Assembly: GCA_963703445.1 (NCBI GenBank)
Contig: CAVPEK010000002.1
Coordinates: 185,154-249,153, forward strand
Source of the DNA: an uncultured Thermoleophilia bacterium
Lineage (GTDB): Bacteria; Actinomycetota; Thermoleophilia; Gaiellales; Gaiellaceae
DNA length: 64,000 nucleotides
Direction of reading: 5' to 3'
Shown here: one piece after another, positions 10,343-18,427 of the stretch
How positions within the stretch are numbered: position 1 is the first letter of the stretch
Layout: each line of letters starts with the position of its first letter
Position numbers and translations under genes: made by a program
The notes under the pieces: generated by a model
Seen by the model: only the letters and a program-made list of their open reading frames with translations
What the model was told of the DNA's origin: nothing
Databases searched by the model: none

Positions 10343-11550
10343 GCTGCTCGAACGCGCTTCCGGAATCCTGCTCCATCCGACCTCGTTGCCGAACGGGGTA
10401 CTCGACGAACACGCATTCGCATTCGTGGATTGGCTTGCCGCCGCGGGCCAGTCATGGTGGCAGGTCCTGCCGCTCGGGCCGCCCGAGGGCCTGACCGGCT
10501 CGCCTTACATGTCGCCGTCCGCGTTCGCGGGCTCGCCGGGCATCCTCGCCGATCCCGGTGCGCGCGTGTCGGAGGACGAGGCCGATGCCTTCCGCGCCCG
10601 ACACGCCTACTGGCTCGAGGACTGGGTCGCCTACGGCGGGAGCGTCGCAGATCAGGTCCGGTTCGAGCGCGAGTGGCAGACGCTGCGGGCGTACGCCCGC
10701 GAGCGTGGCGTGCGCCTCTTCGGAGACATGCCGATCTACGTCGCGCTGGACGGCGCCGACCACCGCGCCCACCCGGGCCTGTTCCAGACGGGCGCGGTCG
10801 CGGGCGTGCCTCCGGACCTCTTCGCGGAGACGGGCCAGCTGTGGGGCAACCCGCTCTACGACTGGGCGGCCATGCACGCCGAGGGTTATCGGTGGTGGAT
10901 CGAGCGGTTCCGCCGCACGTTCGAGCTCGTCGATCTGACGCGCGTCGACCACTTTCGCGGCTTCGTCTCCTACTGGGCTGTCCCCGAGCAGGAGCCGACA
11001 GCGGAGCACGGGCGGTGGGTGCGCGGCCCCGGGGCGGCCATGTTCCGGGCTGCCGAACGGGAGCTCGGGGAGCTCGCAGTCGTGGCCGAGGACCTCGGTG
11101 TGATCACCGAGCCCGTCGTTCGTCTGCGGCGCGAGCTCGGCTTCCCCGGTATGGCGGTCCTGCAGTTCGCTCTCGGCCGTGGCCCGTCGAATCCGCACCT
11201 GCCGGAGAACCACCACGAGCAGTCGGTCGTCTACACCGGCACCCACGACAACGACACCACGCGCGGCTGGTGGGACTCGCTCTCCGCCGCCGACCGCAAG
11301 TCGTCCCGTCTCGACCCCGACGACCCGGTGTGGGCGCTGATCGAGATCGCCTGGCGCTCACGCGCAGCACTCTCGATCGCACCGCTCCAGGACGTGCTCG
11401 ACCTGGGGAACGACGCGCGCATGAATCTGCCGGGCACGCGAGGAGGGCAACTGGGAGTGGCGCTACTCCGCGGAGCAGTTGACCGCCGGGCTCGCGAAGC
11501 GGCTGCGCGAGCTCACGTACTCCGCGAACCGCAGGCGAGATCCGAACTGA
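10341..11550 (+). CDS. malQ: 4-alpha-glucanotransferase MalQ, with an apparent +1 frameshift near the 3' end
   Basis: The N-terminus [19 protein letters not shown] and the body are typical MalQ. After MNLPGTRGG the track frame turns Arg-rich and runs into the tRNA gene (to 11606). Shifting one base at GGAGGG (11442-11447) restores the canonical C-terminus NWEWRYSAEQLTAGLAKRLRELTYSANRRRDPN with a stop at 11548-11550. Confidence 0.88.
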
Positions 11551-11639
11551 GGTGCCGGGGGAGGGTCTCGAACCCCCAAGTCCCACAACGGGACGGCCGG
11601 TTTTAAGCCGGCTGCGTCTACCAGTTCCGCCACCCCGGC
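11551..11639 (-). tRNA. tRNA-Leu, anticodon UAA (type II, long variable arm)
   Basis: The minus strand reads GCCGGGGTGGCGGAACTGGTAGACGCAGCCGGCTTAAAACCGGCCGTCCCGTTGTGGGACTTGGGGGTTCGAGACCCTCCCCCGGCACC. It has a 7-bp acceptor stem, anticodon stem GCCGG/CCGGC with loop CTTAAAA (anticodon TAA), a GTTCGAG T-loop and a long extra arm. Only CC of the CCA tail is encoded. Confidence 0.93.
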
Positions 11640-11661
11640 GGGCGTCAGGGTAAGAGCAGCC

Positions 11662-12417
11662 TCATTGCGTGGCCGGGCCCATGCCGGGCTTGTCCGCAGA
11701 GAGCGGGATCCCCTCCGGCCCGTGCCCGCGGTACAGGTTGCGGAAGTCCTCGAACGCCTTCTTCGTCGCCGCGGTGTAGTTCGGGCAGATCGCGATGTGA
11801 CCCTGACCGTAGTAGCCGTTCTGCTGGTAGTGCGACGTATCGCCGGTCCAGGCCGTGATCGCGATCTTGCTCCCGAGGCTGGGATACGGCGTGCCGAACG
11901 AGCCGTCCGGCTGCTCCTGGTAGAACGCGAGCAGCTTGGCGACGGTCGGCGACGGGACCTTCGAGCCCCACCACGTGACGACTCCCCCATGCTCTTCGTT
12001 GTGGACGACCATCCGCGGGTTGACCGGCTGGGTGTAGAAGCCCCAGACCGCCCACTGGGGATAGTGCTGGCCGTTCGACGGCGGGGTGGTGTTCCAGGGG
12101 AACTTCGCGGTCAAGCTGTTGACATGCGTGCCCTCACCCTTCGGCACGTACGCGGTCACGGTCTTGAAGGTGCAGCCCGCGGTCGCCATGTCTCGGCCGA
12201 GCTGCTTCGGGAGCCCGGACTTGCCGCCGCCGAGCGCGAGCACGAGCACGACGATGAGCAGGCCGACGAACCCGGCGCCGGCAAGCGCGTAGAGGGCGGT
12301 GCGATGGCCCATCCCGACGTCGTCGGCGGGCGCGTCGCCCTTCCGGTTCGTGCCGGTCCGCCGCTGGGGGGCCTGGACGCGGGGCGGCGGCGGGGTGCGG
12401 GGCTTCTTCTTCGCCAT
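11662..12417 (-). CDS. DUF3105-type membrane-anchored protein
   Basis: The likely start is MAKKKPRTPPPPR at 12417, because the upstream part of the 303-aa ORF is Arg/Ser-rich. The protein has a basic tail, one TM segment (LYALAGAGFVGLLIVVLVLAL) and a globular domain with HNEEHGGVVTWW, as in DUF3105 proteins. Confidence 0.7.
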   Translation of the reverse strand: MAKKKPRTPPPPRVQAPQRRTGTNRKGDAPADDVGMGHRTALYALAGAGFVGLLIVVLVLALGGGKSGLPKQLGRDMATAGCTFKTVTAYVPKGEGTHVNSLTAKFPWNTTPPSNGQHYPQWAVWGFYTQPVNPRMVVHNEEHGGVVTWWGSKVPSPTVAKLLAFYQEQPDGSFGTPYPSLGSKIAITAWTGDTSHYQQNGYYGQGHIAICPNYTAATKKAFEDFRNLYRGHGPEGIPLSADKPGMGPATQ

Positions 12418-12430
12418 CGGGCGCGGGTAT

Positions 12431-14287
12431 TCAAGCGGAAACCACCAAAGAGCCGCCGAAGAATGCGGCGACCGCAGCCGAGTCCTCGGCGATGGGACAG
12501 CGCGGCAGCGCCTGGAGGAATGCGCGGCCGTACGGCCGCGTCCGCAGCCGCGGGTCGAGGATGGCGACGACACCGCGATCGGAGTGGCCGCGAATCAGCC
12601 TGCCGAAGCCCTGGCGCAGCTGGAGCATCGCCGTCGGCAATGCATAGTCTCGAAACCAGTCGCCGCCGAGACGCTCGACTGCCTCGCAGCGTGCTTCGTG
12701 GAGCGGATCGCCCGGAGCCGAGAACGGGAGCTTGTCGATCACGAGCAGCGACAGCGACTCGCCCGGCACGTCCACGCCCTGCCAGAACGTCGACGTCGCG
12801 AGCAGGACCGAACCGACCTCGTCGCGGAAGCGCTCGAGCAGGCGCTCCCGTGGGGCGTCACCCTGCACCAGCACCTCGTACGGCACGCGGCCGCGGACCT
12901 GCTCGCGGTAGACCTCGAGCGCGCGGTAGCTGGACGTGAGCACGAGCGCCCGCCCCTCGGAGAGCGCGAGCAGCGACACGATCTCCTCGGCAGCGCGTTC
13001 GGTGAAGCCGGCGGTGCGCGGATCGGGCATCGTGCGCGGCAGGTAGAGCAAGGCTTGCTCGGGGAAGTCGTACGGCGAGCCGACGACGGCCTCGCGCGCC
13101 TCCTCGAGCCCGAGGCGACGGCGCACGAAGCCTGCGTCCTCGCCGGTCGTGAGCGTCGCGGAGACGAGAATGGCTGTCGGCCCGTCGCCCCAGAGCCGGT
13201 CGCGCAACTCGGTCGAGACGTCGACCGGCGCCCAGACGAGCGCGTCGGGCTCGGCCCAGACGACGCGGTCGAGCTCGCCCGGCTCGAGGCAGCGCTCGAC
13301 CTCTCCCGAGACGGCGAGCGTGCGGCGGGCGAGCGCGTCGAGGTCCTCGCCCTGGCCCTGCAACGAGTGCGAGAGGTCGCCGAGCGCGTCGATCAACACG
13401 AGCGCCGCCTCGGCCGGGACCTCACGCAGGCGCTTCCGCCCGGCGGCCGGTGCGACCGCGCGCAGGAGCTTCTCGCCGGTGCGCTCGACGCGGTCGATCT
13501 GCCGGGCCGGGAACGGGCGCTGCGCCTCGCGGCAAGCCCGCTCGACATCGGCCGCAAGGCGGCGAAGACCTGCCCTCGAGACCCTGCCCCCGAGCCACGA
13601 GGCCGCCGACTCCTCGAGCCTGTGCGCTTCGTCGAAGATCACGGCGTCGTGCTCGGGCAGCACGCCTCCCCCGGAGGCGATGTGCGCGAAGTAGAGCGCG
13701 TGGTTGACGATCACGAGGTCGGCGGACGCGGCCCGCTCGCGCGCGTGCTCGGCGAAGCAGGCGGAGACGAAGGGACAGCGCCGCCCGGAGCAACGGTCGG
13801 GGCCAACGGCGAGCTCGGCCCAGAATGCTTCGGTCGGCTCGAGCGTGAGCTCGGCCCGGTCACCGGTGTCGGTCGAGTCGAGCCAGCCCTGCATCGCCTC
13901 CCAGGCGCGTGCGTCGCGCCCGTCGGCGAGCAGGAACGGCTGGAACCCCTGCAGCTGGCGGCGGCAGAGGTAGTTCGCACGGCCTTTCAGCACCTCCACC
14001 CGGACGTCCCGCCCGATCGCCGCCGCCGCGATCGGGACGTCCTTCGAGAGGAGCTGCTCCTGGAGCGCCTTGGTCGCCGTGGCGACGACCACGCGCCGGC
14101 CGGACTCGAGTGCCGGCACGAGGTAGGCGAGGCTCTTGCCGACGCCGGTGCCCGCCTCGGCGACGAGATGTTCGCCGGTCGCGAGGGCCTGCTCGACGCA
14201 GGTTGCGAGCGCCGCCTGCTCGCGCCTCGGCTCGTACCCGGGAAGGGCATGCGCGAGCGCCCCGCCGGGGCCGAAGACGTCGTCCAT
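12431..14287 (-). CDS. dinG: ATP-dependent DNA helicase, DinG/XPD (Rad3) family with an Fe-S cluster
   Basis: It starts MDDVFGPGG at 14287, with Walker A AEAGTGVGKS and DEAH box IFDEAHRLEE. Four Cys residues (C-x23-C-x4-C-x5-C in ...YLCRRQ...DRCSGRRCPFVSACF) sit between them, as in XPD-like helicases. Confidence 0.85.
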   Translation of the reverse strand: MDDVFGPGGALAHALPGYEPRREQAALATCVEQALATGEHLVAEAGTGVGKSLAYLVPALESGRRVVVATATKALQEQLLSKDVPIAAAAIGRDVRVEVLKGRANYLCRRQLQGFQPFLLADGRDARAWEAMQGWLDSTDTGDRAELTLEPTEAFWAELAVGPDRCSGRRCPFVSACFAEHARERAASADLVIVNHALYFAHIASGGGVLPEHDAVIFDEAHRLEESAASWLGGRVSRAGLRRLAADVERACREAQRPFPARQIDRVERTGEKLLRAVAPAAGRKRLREVPAEAALVLIDALGDLSHSLQGQGEDLDALARRTLAVSGEVERCLEPGELDRVVWAEPDALVWAPVDVSTELRDRLWGDGPTAILVSATLTTGEDAGFVRRRLGLEEAREAVVGSPYDFPEQALLYLPRTMPDPRTAGFTERAAEEIVSLLALSEGRALVLTSSYRALEVYREQVRGRVPYEVLVQGDAPRERLLERFRDEVGSVLLATSTFWQGVDVPGESLSLLVIDKLPFSAPGDPLHEARCEAVERLGGDWFRDYALPTAMLQLRQGFGRLIRGHSDRGVVAILDPRLRTRPYGRAFLQALPRCPIAEDSAAVAAFFGGSLVVSA

Positions 14288-14306
14288 CGACGTCAGACTA
14301 CGGGAG

Positions 14307-14320
14307 CGAACGGACGTTCC
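14307..14320. promoter_or_regulatory. Candidate LexA (SOS/Cheo) box upstream of the dinG-like gene
   Basis: CGAACGGACGTTCC fits the Gram-positive Cheo consensus CGAACRNRYGTTYC at every position. It lies 20 nt upstream of the dinG-like ATG. Confidence 0.5.
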
Positions 14321-14421
14321 CACGCGCGTAGGAACCGCCAGAAAATGCGCAATTTGCGCCTTTCGGCGGGCGGCCCTGCTTGACGGTCTCCGAGGGTGCG
14401 GGATAGGTTCCACCCGTCGGA

Positions 14422-14482
14422 TCCGGTAGGTCTTCGGACTCGCTGGATCCGGCACTCAGCTCCGGTAGGTCTTCGGACTCGC
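14422..14482. repeat. Perfect 22-bp direct repeat (two copies, 39-bp period) in the dinG/rmuC divergent intergenic region
   Basis: TCCGGTAGGTCTTCGGACTCGC occurs at 14422-14443 and again at 14461-14482. GGATCCGG also occurs twice in the same region. Confidence 0.9.
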
Positions 14483-14539
14483 CGGGGCTGATTTTTTGGT
14501 CCGGCGCCGTCCGACGGCATCTCTATCGTCCGTCGGCCC

Positions 14540-15694
14540 ATGACAGCGATCATCACCCTCCTGCTCGGACTGGCGCTCGGCGGCGGCGCCGTTCTCCTGT
14601 GGGCGCGCGAACGGCTCGCCCGGGCTCGCCACGAGCTTGCGACGGCCGACAGCCACGGCCAGTGGGAAGACCGCCTGAAAGCCGCGACCGGCGATGCCCT
14701 GCTGAAGAGCCAGGCGTCCCTGCTCGAGCTCGCCGAGGCGAAGCTCGCCCCGATCAAGGAGACGTTGACGAAGTTCGAGGTGCAGTCGCGTCAGCTCGAG
14801 GACAAGCGCGCCCGCGAGGTGACCGCGATCGGCGAGCGGCTGCGCGAGGTGGCGGCCGGGCAGGAGAAGCTGCGCTCGGAGACCGGCAGCCTGGTCACCG
14901 CGCTGCGCGCGCCGCACGTGCGCGGCCGCTGGGGCGAGGTGCAGCTGAAGCGAGTGGTCGAGCTCGCCGGGATGCTCGACTACTGCGACTTCCGCACCCA
15001 GGCGAGCGAACGGGACGACGAGGGCCGCCTGCTCCGCCCCGACATGGTCGTGCAGCTCCCGGGTGGCAAATGCATCGTCGTCGACTCGAAGGTGCCGATC
15101 GAGGGCTATCTCGACGCGGTCGAAACCGACGATGCCGATCTGAAGCGCGTGCATCTCGCGCGCCATGCGCAGCAGGTGCGCGAGCACATCAGAAAGCTCG
15201 GCCAGAAGCGGTACTGGGATCAGTTCGAGTCGACGCCCGAGTTCGTCGTGATGTTCGTCGACGAGGGCCTCTACCGCGCTGCGCTCGACGAGGACGGCTC
15301 GCTCTTCGAAGCGGGCGCAGCAGCGGGCGTGATCGTCGCCTCACCCGCGACGCTGATCGGCCTTCTGCGCACGATCGCGTACGGCTGGCAGCAGGAGACG
15401 CTCGCAGAGAGCGCCCGCGAGATCTCGAGCCTCGGCCGCGAGCTCTACGACCGTCTCGGTGTGTTCGCCGGTCATTTCGCGAAGGTCGGGCGCAGTCTCG
15501 ACAGTGCCGTCGGTGCGTTCAACCAGGCGGTCAGCTCGTTCGAGACGCGACTGCTCGTCACTGCGCGCAAGTTCCCCGAGCACGGCGTCACGAACGACGA
15601 ACTGCCCGAGACGAAGCAGATCGAACGCAAGCCCGTCGTCGTCAGCGCGCCGGAGCTCGTCGCTCTGCCGCACCGCGACGCGGACGCCGCCTAG
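14540..15694 (+). CDS. rmuC: DNA recombination protein RmuC
   Basis: 384 aa with an N-terminal TM segment, a long coiled-coil region, and then RGRWGEVQLKRVVELAGM...DSKVP, which is typical of RmuC. Confidence 0.85.
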   Translation: MTAIITLLLGLALGGGAVLLWARERLARARHELATADSHGQWEDRLKAATGDALLKSQASLLELAEAKLAPIKETLTKFEVQSRQLEDKRAREVTAIGERLREVAAGQEKLRSETGSLVTALRAPHVRGRWGEVQLKRVVELAGMLDYCDFRTQASERDDEGRLLRPDMVVQLPGGKCIVVDSKVPIEGYLDAVETDDADLKRVHLARHAQQVREHIRKLGQKRYWDQFESTPEFVVMFVDEGLYRAALDEDGSLFEAGAAAGVIVASPATLIGLLRTIAYGWQQETLAESAREISSLGRELYDRLGVFAGHFAKVGRSLDSAVGAFNQAVSSFETRLLVTARKFPEHGVTNDELPETKQIERKPVVVSAPELVALPHRDADAA

Positions 15695-16143
15695 CCCGTC
15701 ACGTCGCCGCGCCTTCGGGCTCGCCTGCCGGAGCCGAGGGCGTCCTCGATCTTGGCGATCGCCGCAGCCTCGGCTTCGTCGCCGCCGTGGGCGGCGGCCG
15801 CGACCGACCGGGCCAGGTCGAGCACGAACGCCCGATAGGCCTCGAGCTCGTCGGGCGCCTTCGCCTGCAGCAACTGCACGGACGAGCGCAGCGCCTCGAG
15901 CGTGCGCGACTCGACCTCTTCGATCGGCGTCGTGACGCCGAAGCCCGTGCTGTGGCCCTGCGCGACGCGCCGCACGAGCTCGCTGTCCGACTTCTCATGG
16001 GCGGTGGCGACGTGCTTCGCGAGCGCTCCGGCCTCCTTGAACGTGTCGAAGAAGCTCCGGTCGCTGGCCGTGACCAGAAGGCCCGACCCCATCGCGCCGA
16101 CGCGCAGGGTCTCGATCTCGCTGTCGCTCAACGTCTCGGGCAT
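15691..16143 (-). CDS. Hypothetical protein
   Basis: The ATG at 16143 (MPETLSDSEIETL) is preceded by GAGAGGA. The protein is acidic and helical, and I recognised no motif. It is convergent with rmuC, and the two overlap by 4 nt. Confidence 0.55.
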   Translation of the reverse strand: MPETLSDSEIETLRVGAMGSGLLVTASDRSFFDTFKEAGALAKHVATAHEKSDSELVRRVAQGHSTGFGVTTPIEEVESRTLEALRSSVQLLQAKAPDELEAYRAFVLDLARSVAAAAHGGDEAEAAAIAKIEDALGSGRRARRRGDVTG

Positions 16144-16246
16144 CTCAATCCTCTCTCGAGTGGCATCGGTCGTTCCCAGTCTGGCAAAAGCGGTCCGCCT
16201 GCACGCCCGGAGCACGTGGCGGCGGCTCGTCTACGCTCCGAGGCGG

Positions 16247-17296
16247 ATGGAGTCGGCGGGGGGAGGCGTGGTCGAGACGCGCCCACGTGGACCGTGGAGG
16301 TCCACCTGGCTGCGGTTACAGCGCGACCGGTGGTCGGTCGCGGCAATGGGCGCCCTCGCGGCGGTCGTCTTCGTCGCGCTCTTCGGGGGTGCCATCGCGA
16401 CCCGCCTCGTCGGCCACGACGGCTCGAGACCGTTTCCCTACGCAACGAGCTCGGCGCTTCGGCCCGTCGGGCCCTGGACGCGCGTGCCGGAGACCGACGA
16501 GATCAACATCGACATCTACGGCAACATCCTCCCGCCGGACCACCCCGCGAAACGAGCGCTGCTCGTGCTCGGCGCCGATGGGCCACTCGGCCGGGACGAG
16601 TTCATCCGCGTGCTGGACGGTGCCCGGACTTCGCTCGAGATCGCACTCGGCGCCGTGCTGGTCGCTCTGCTGATCGCCGTCCCGGTCGGAGCCGTCGCCG
16701 GGTATTACGGCGGCGCGACCGACACGGTCGTCGCCCGCTTCACGGAGACGGTGATGGCCTTTCCCCTGCTTCTCTTCCTGGTCTTCGCAACCGCCAAGCT
16801 CAGCCCGTCGCTGCGAGGCGTCTCCTACGGCTGGCTCTTGCCCTCGGGTGTGTTCGCCGAGGCGCTGCTGATCGGGATCTTCACGTCGTTCTACCCGACG
16901 AGGCTCGTCCGCGCGCAGCTCCTGACGCTGCGCAACGCAGAGTTCGTCGAGGCGAGCCACATGATCGGAGCTCCGGACTCGCGCATCCTGCGGCGCCACC
17001 TGCTCCCGCACCTCGTCCCGACGCTGCTCGTCTGGGCGCCGATCGCGGTTGCCACGAACATCCTGCTCGAGGTCGGCCTCAGCTTCATCGGCGTCGGTGT
17101 GCAGCCCTCGACGCCGACGTGGGGATCGCTGCTGGCGACGGCGTGGGGAACGGTCTACTCGCCACAGGCGTTCGGCCACGCCCAGACCGCGTGGCAGACC
17201 ATCGTCCCGACGACGGCGATCCTCATCACGGTGCTCTCGCTGAATCAGGTCTCCGAGGGCATCCGTCGTGCGATCGAACCATGGGGCCGACACTGA
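16247..17296 (+). CDS. ABC transporter permease, OppC/DppC type
   Basis: It starts at the ATG at 16247 (MESAGGG). It has an OppC-like N-terminal periplasmic loop and the permease core ...GGATDTVVARFTETVMAFPLLLF...EASHMIGAPDSRILRRHLLPHL (EAA-like loop). Confidence 0.85.
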   Translation: MESAGGGVVETRPRGPWRSTWLRLQRDRWSVAAMGALAAVVFVALFGGAIATRLVGHDGSRPFPYATSSALRPVGPWTRVPETDEINIDIYGNILPPDHPAKRALLVLGADGPLGRDEFIRVLDGARTSLEIALGAVLVALLIAVPVGAVAGYYGGATDTVVARFTETVMAFPLLLFLVFATAKLSPSLRGVSYGWLLPSGVFAEALLIGIFTSFYPTRLVRAQLLTLRNAEFVEASHMIGAPDSRILRRHLLPHLVPTLLVWAPIAVATNILLEVGLSFIGVGVQPSTPTWGSLLATAWGTVYSPQAFGHAQTAWQTIVPTTAILITVLSLNQVSEGIRRAIEPWGRH

Positions 17297-18357
17297 TGCG
17301 GATCATCGGCTTCGTCGCGCGCCGGCTGGCCGCCGCGATGTTCACGCTCCTGATGCTGGTCGCGCTCGCGTTCGTCGTGTACTGGGCGTTGCCGTCCACC
17401 CCGGCGTCGTTCGTCTATCCCGCGGCGCAGCATCTGACCCCGTACCAGCTGCAGAATGCGAATCACCTGCTGGGCCTCGACCGGCCGAAGATCGTGCAGT
17501 ACGGCGACTACATCGCCCACCTGGCACGCGGCGACCTCGGCCGTCAATGGGCCGGCGCGGAACTGCTCCCCGGCAACAAGCTCGTCCAGAAGCCGGTCGG
17601 GGGGCTGCTCTTCCCCGCGGCCGGCGCGACGATCTCGATCATCCTCGGGGGAGCGTTCCTCGTGCTTCTGCTCGCCGTCCCGCTGGGGGCGCTGGCGGGC
17701 AGCCGGGTCGGCTCGTGGAGCGACCGAACGATCTCGATCGTCGCCCTGATCGCGGTCTGCACCCACCCCATGGTGCTCGGCAGCGTCCTGCAGAAGGGCT
17801 TCGCCGACCTGCACCTCCCGTGGCCGCCACTCGGCGGCTACTGCCCGCTCTTCTCGCACGCGAGCGGGTGCGGCGGCCCGACGGACTGGGCGGGGCACCT
17901 GGCGCTGCCCTGGTTCACCTTCGCGCTGCTCTTCCTCGCTCTCTACACGCGCATGATCCGGGTCAGCGTCGCCGAGACGCTGCACGAGGACTTCGTGCGC
18001 ACCGCCCGGGCGAAGGGCGCCGGCGAGACCCGCGTGCTGCGGGTGCACGTTCTGCCGAGCGCGACGCTGCGGGTCCTGACGATGGTCGGGATGGAGATCG
18101 GCACCGCGATCGGGGTCTGCGTCTACATCGAGACCGTCTACGGCATCGGCGGGCTCGGCCGGCTCTCGGTCCTCGCGATGGGCGGTGCGACCACGTCGAT
18201 CGACCTGCCGCTGACGGTGGGGATCGTCGCCCTGATCACGCTGATCGTGGTCGTCGGGAACCTGATCGTGGACGTCCTCTACGCGGTGCTCGACCCGAGG
18301 GCCGGCCGGGAGCCGACCCTCAACCGGGACAAGAGCCTCGCCGGGGGCGTGATCTAG
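17296..18357 (+). CDS. ABC transporter permease, OppB/DppB type
   Basis: MRIIGFVARRLAAAMFTLL is the classic DppB N-terminus. The start overlaps the upstream stop (TGATG). The signature ETLHEDFVRTARAKGAGETRVLRVHVLPSA is present. This gene is the only real part of the 1252-aa track ORF 14599..18357. Confidence 0.85.
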   Translation: MRIIGFVARRLAAAMFTLLMLVALAFVVYWALPSTPASFVYPAAQHLTPYQLQNANHLLGLDRPKIVQYGDYIAHLARGDLGRQWAGAELLPGNKLVQKPVGGLLFPAAGATISIILGGAFLVLLLAVPLGALAGSRVGSWSDRTISIVALIAVCTHPMVLGSVLQKGFADLHLPWPPLGGYCPLFSHASGCGGPTDWAGHLALPWFTFALLFLALYTRMIRVSVAETLHEDFVRTARAKGAGETRVLRVHVLPSATLRVLTMVGMEIGTAIGVCVYIETVYGIGGLGRLSVLAMGGATTSIDLPLTVGIVALITLIVVVGNLIVDVLYAVLDPRAGREPTLNRDKSLAGGVI

Positions 18358-18427
18358 CCGTCCGGGAACGTCCAGCCGCCCTTTGACGTTTACTACTAGT
18401 AGAAGATTTGCTCGGAGAGGAGCCCTT

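Noticed and set aside
11551-12430. Possible integrated element at the tRNA-Leu gene
   Set aside because: I saw no integrase or recombinase ORF, no duplicated tRNA 3' segment, and no compositional shift. The neighbours are ordinary chromosomal genes.
12299-14383. 694-aa plus-strand ORF
   Set aside because: It is antisense to the DinG/XPD-like helicase. The product is rich in Arg, Glu, Leu and Asp, with no recognisable domain.
14599-18357. 1252-aa ORF, the longest in the track
   Set aside because: Most of it is Arg/Ala/Pro-rich translation of an alternative frame running across rmuC, the hypothetical gene and the OppC-like gene. Such long open frames are typical of high-GC DNA. Only the last ~354 aa (from 17296) form a real OppB-like permease.
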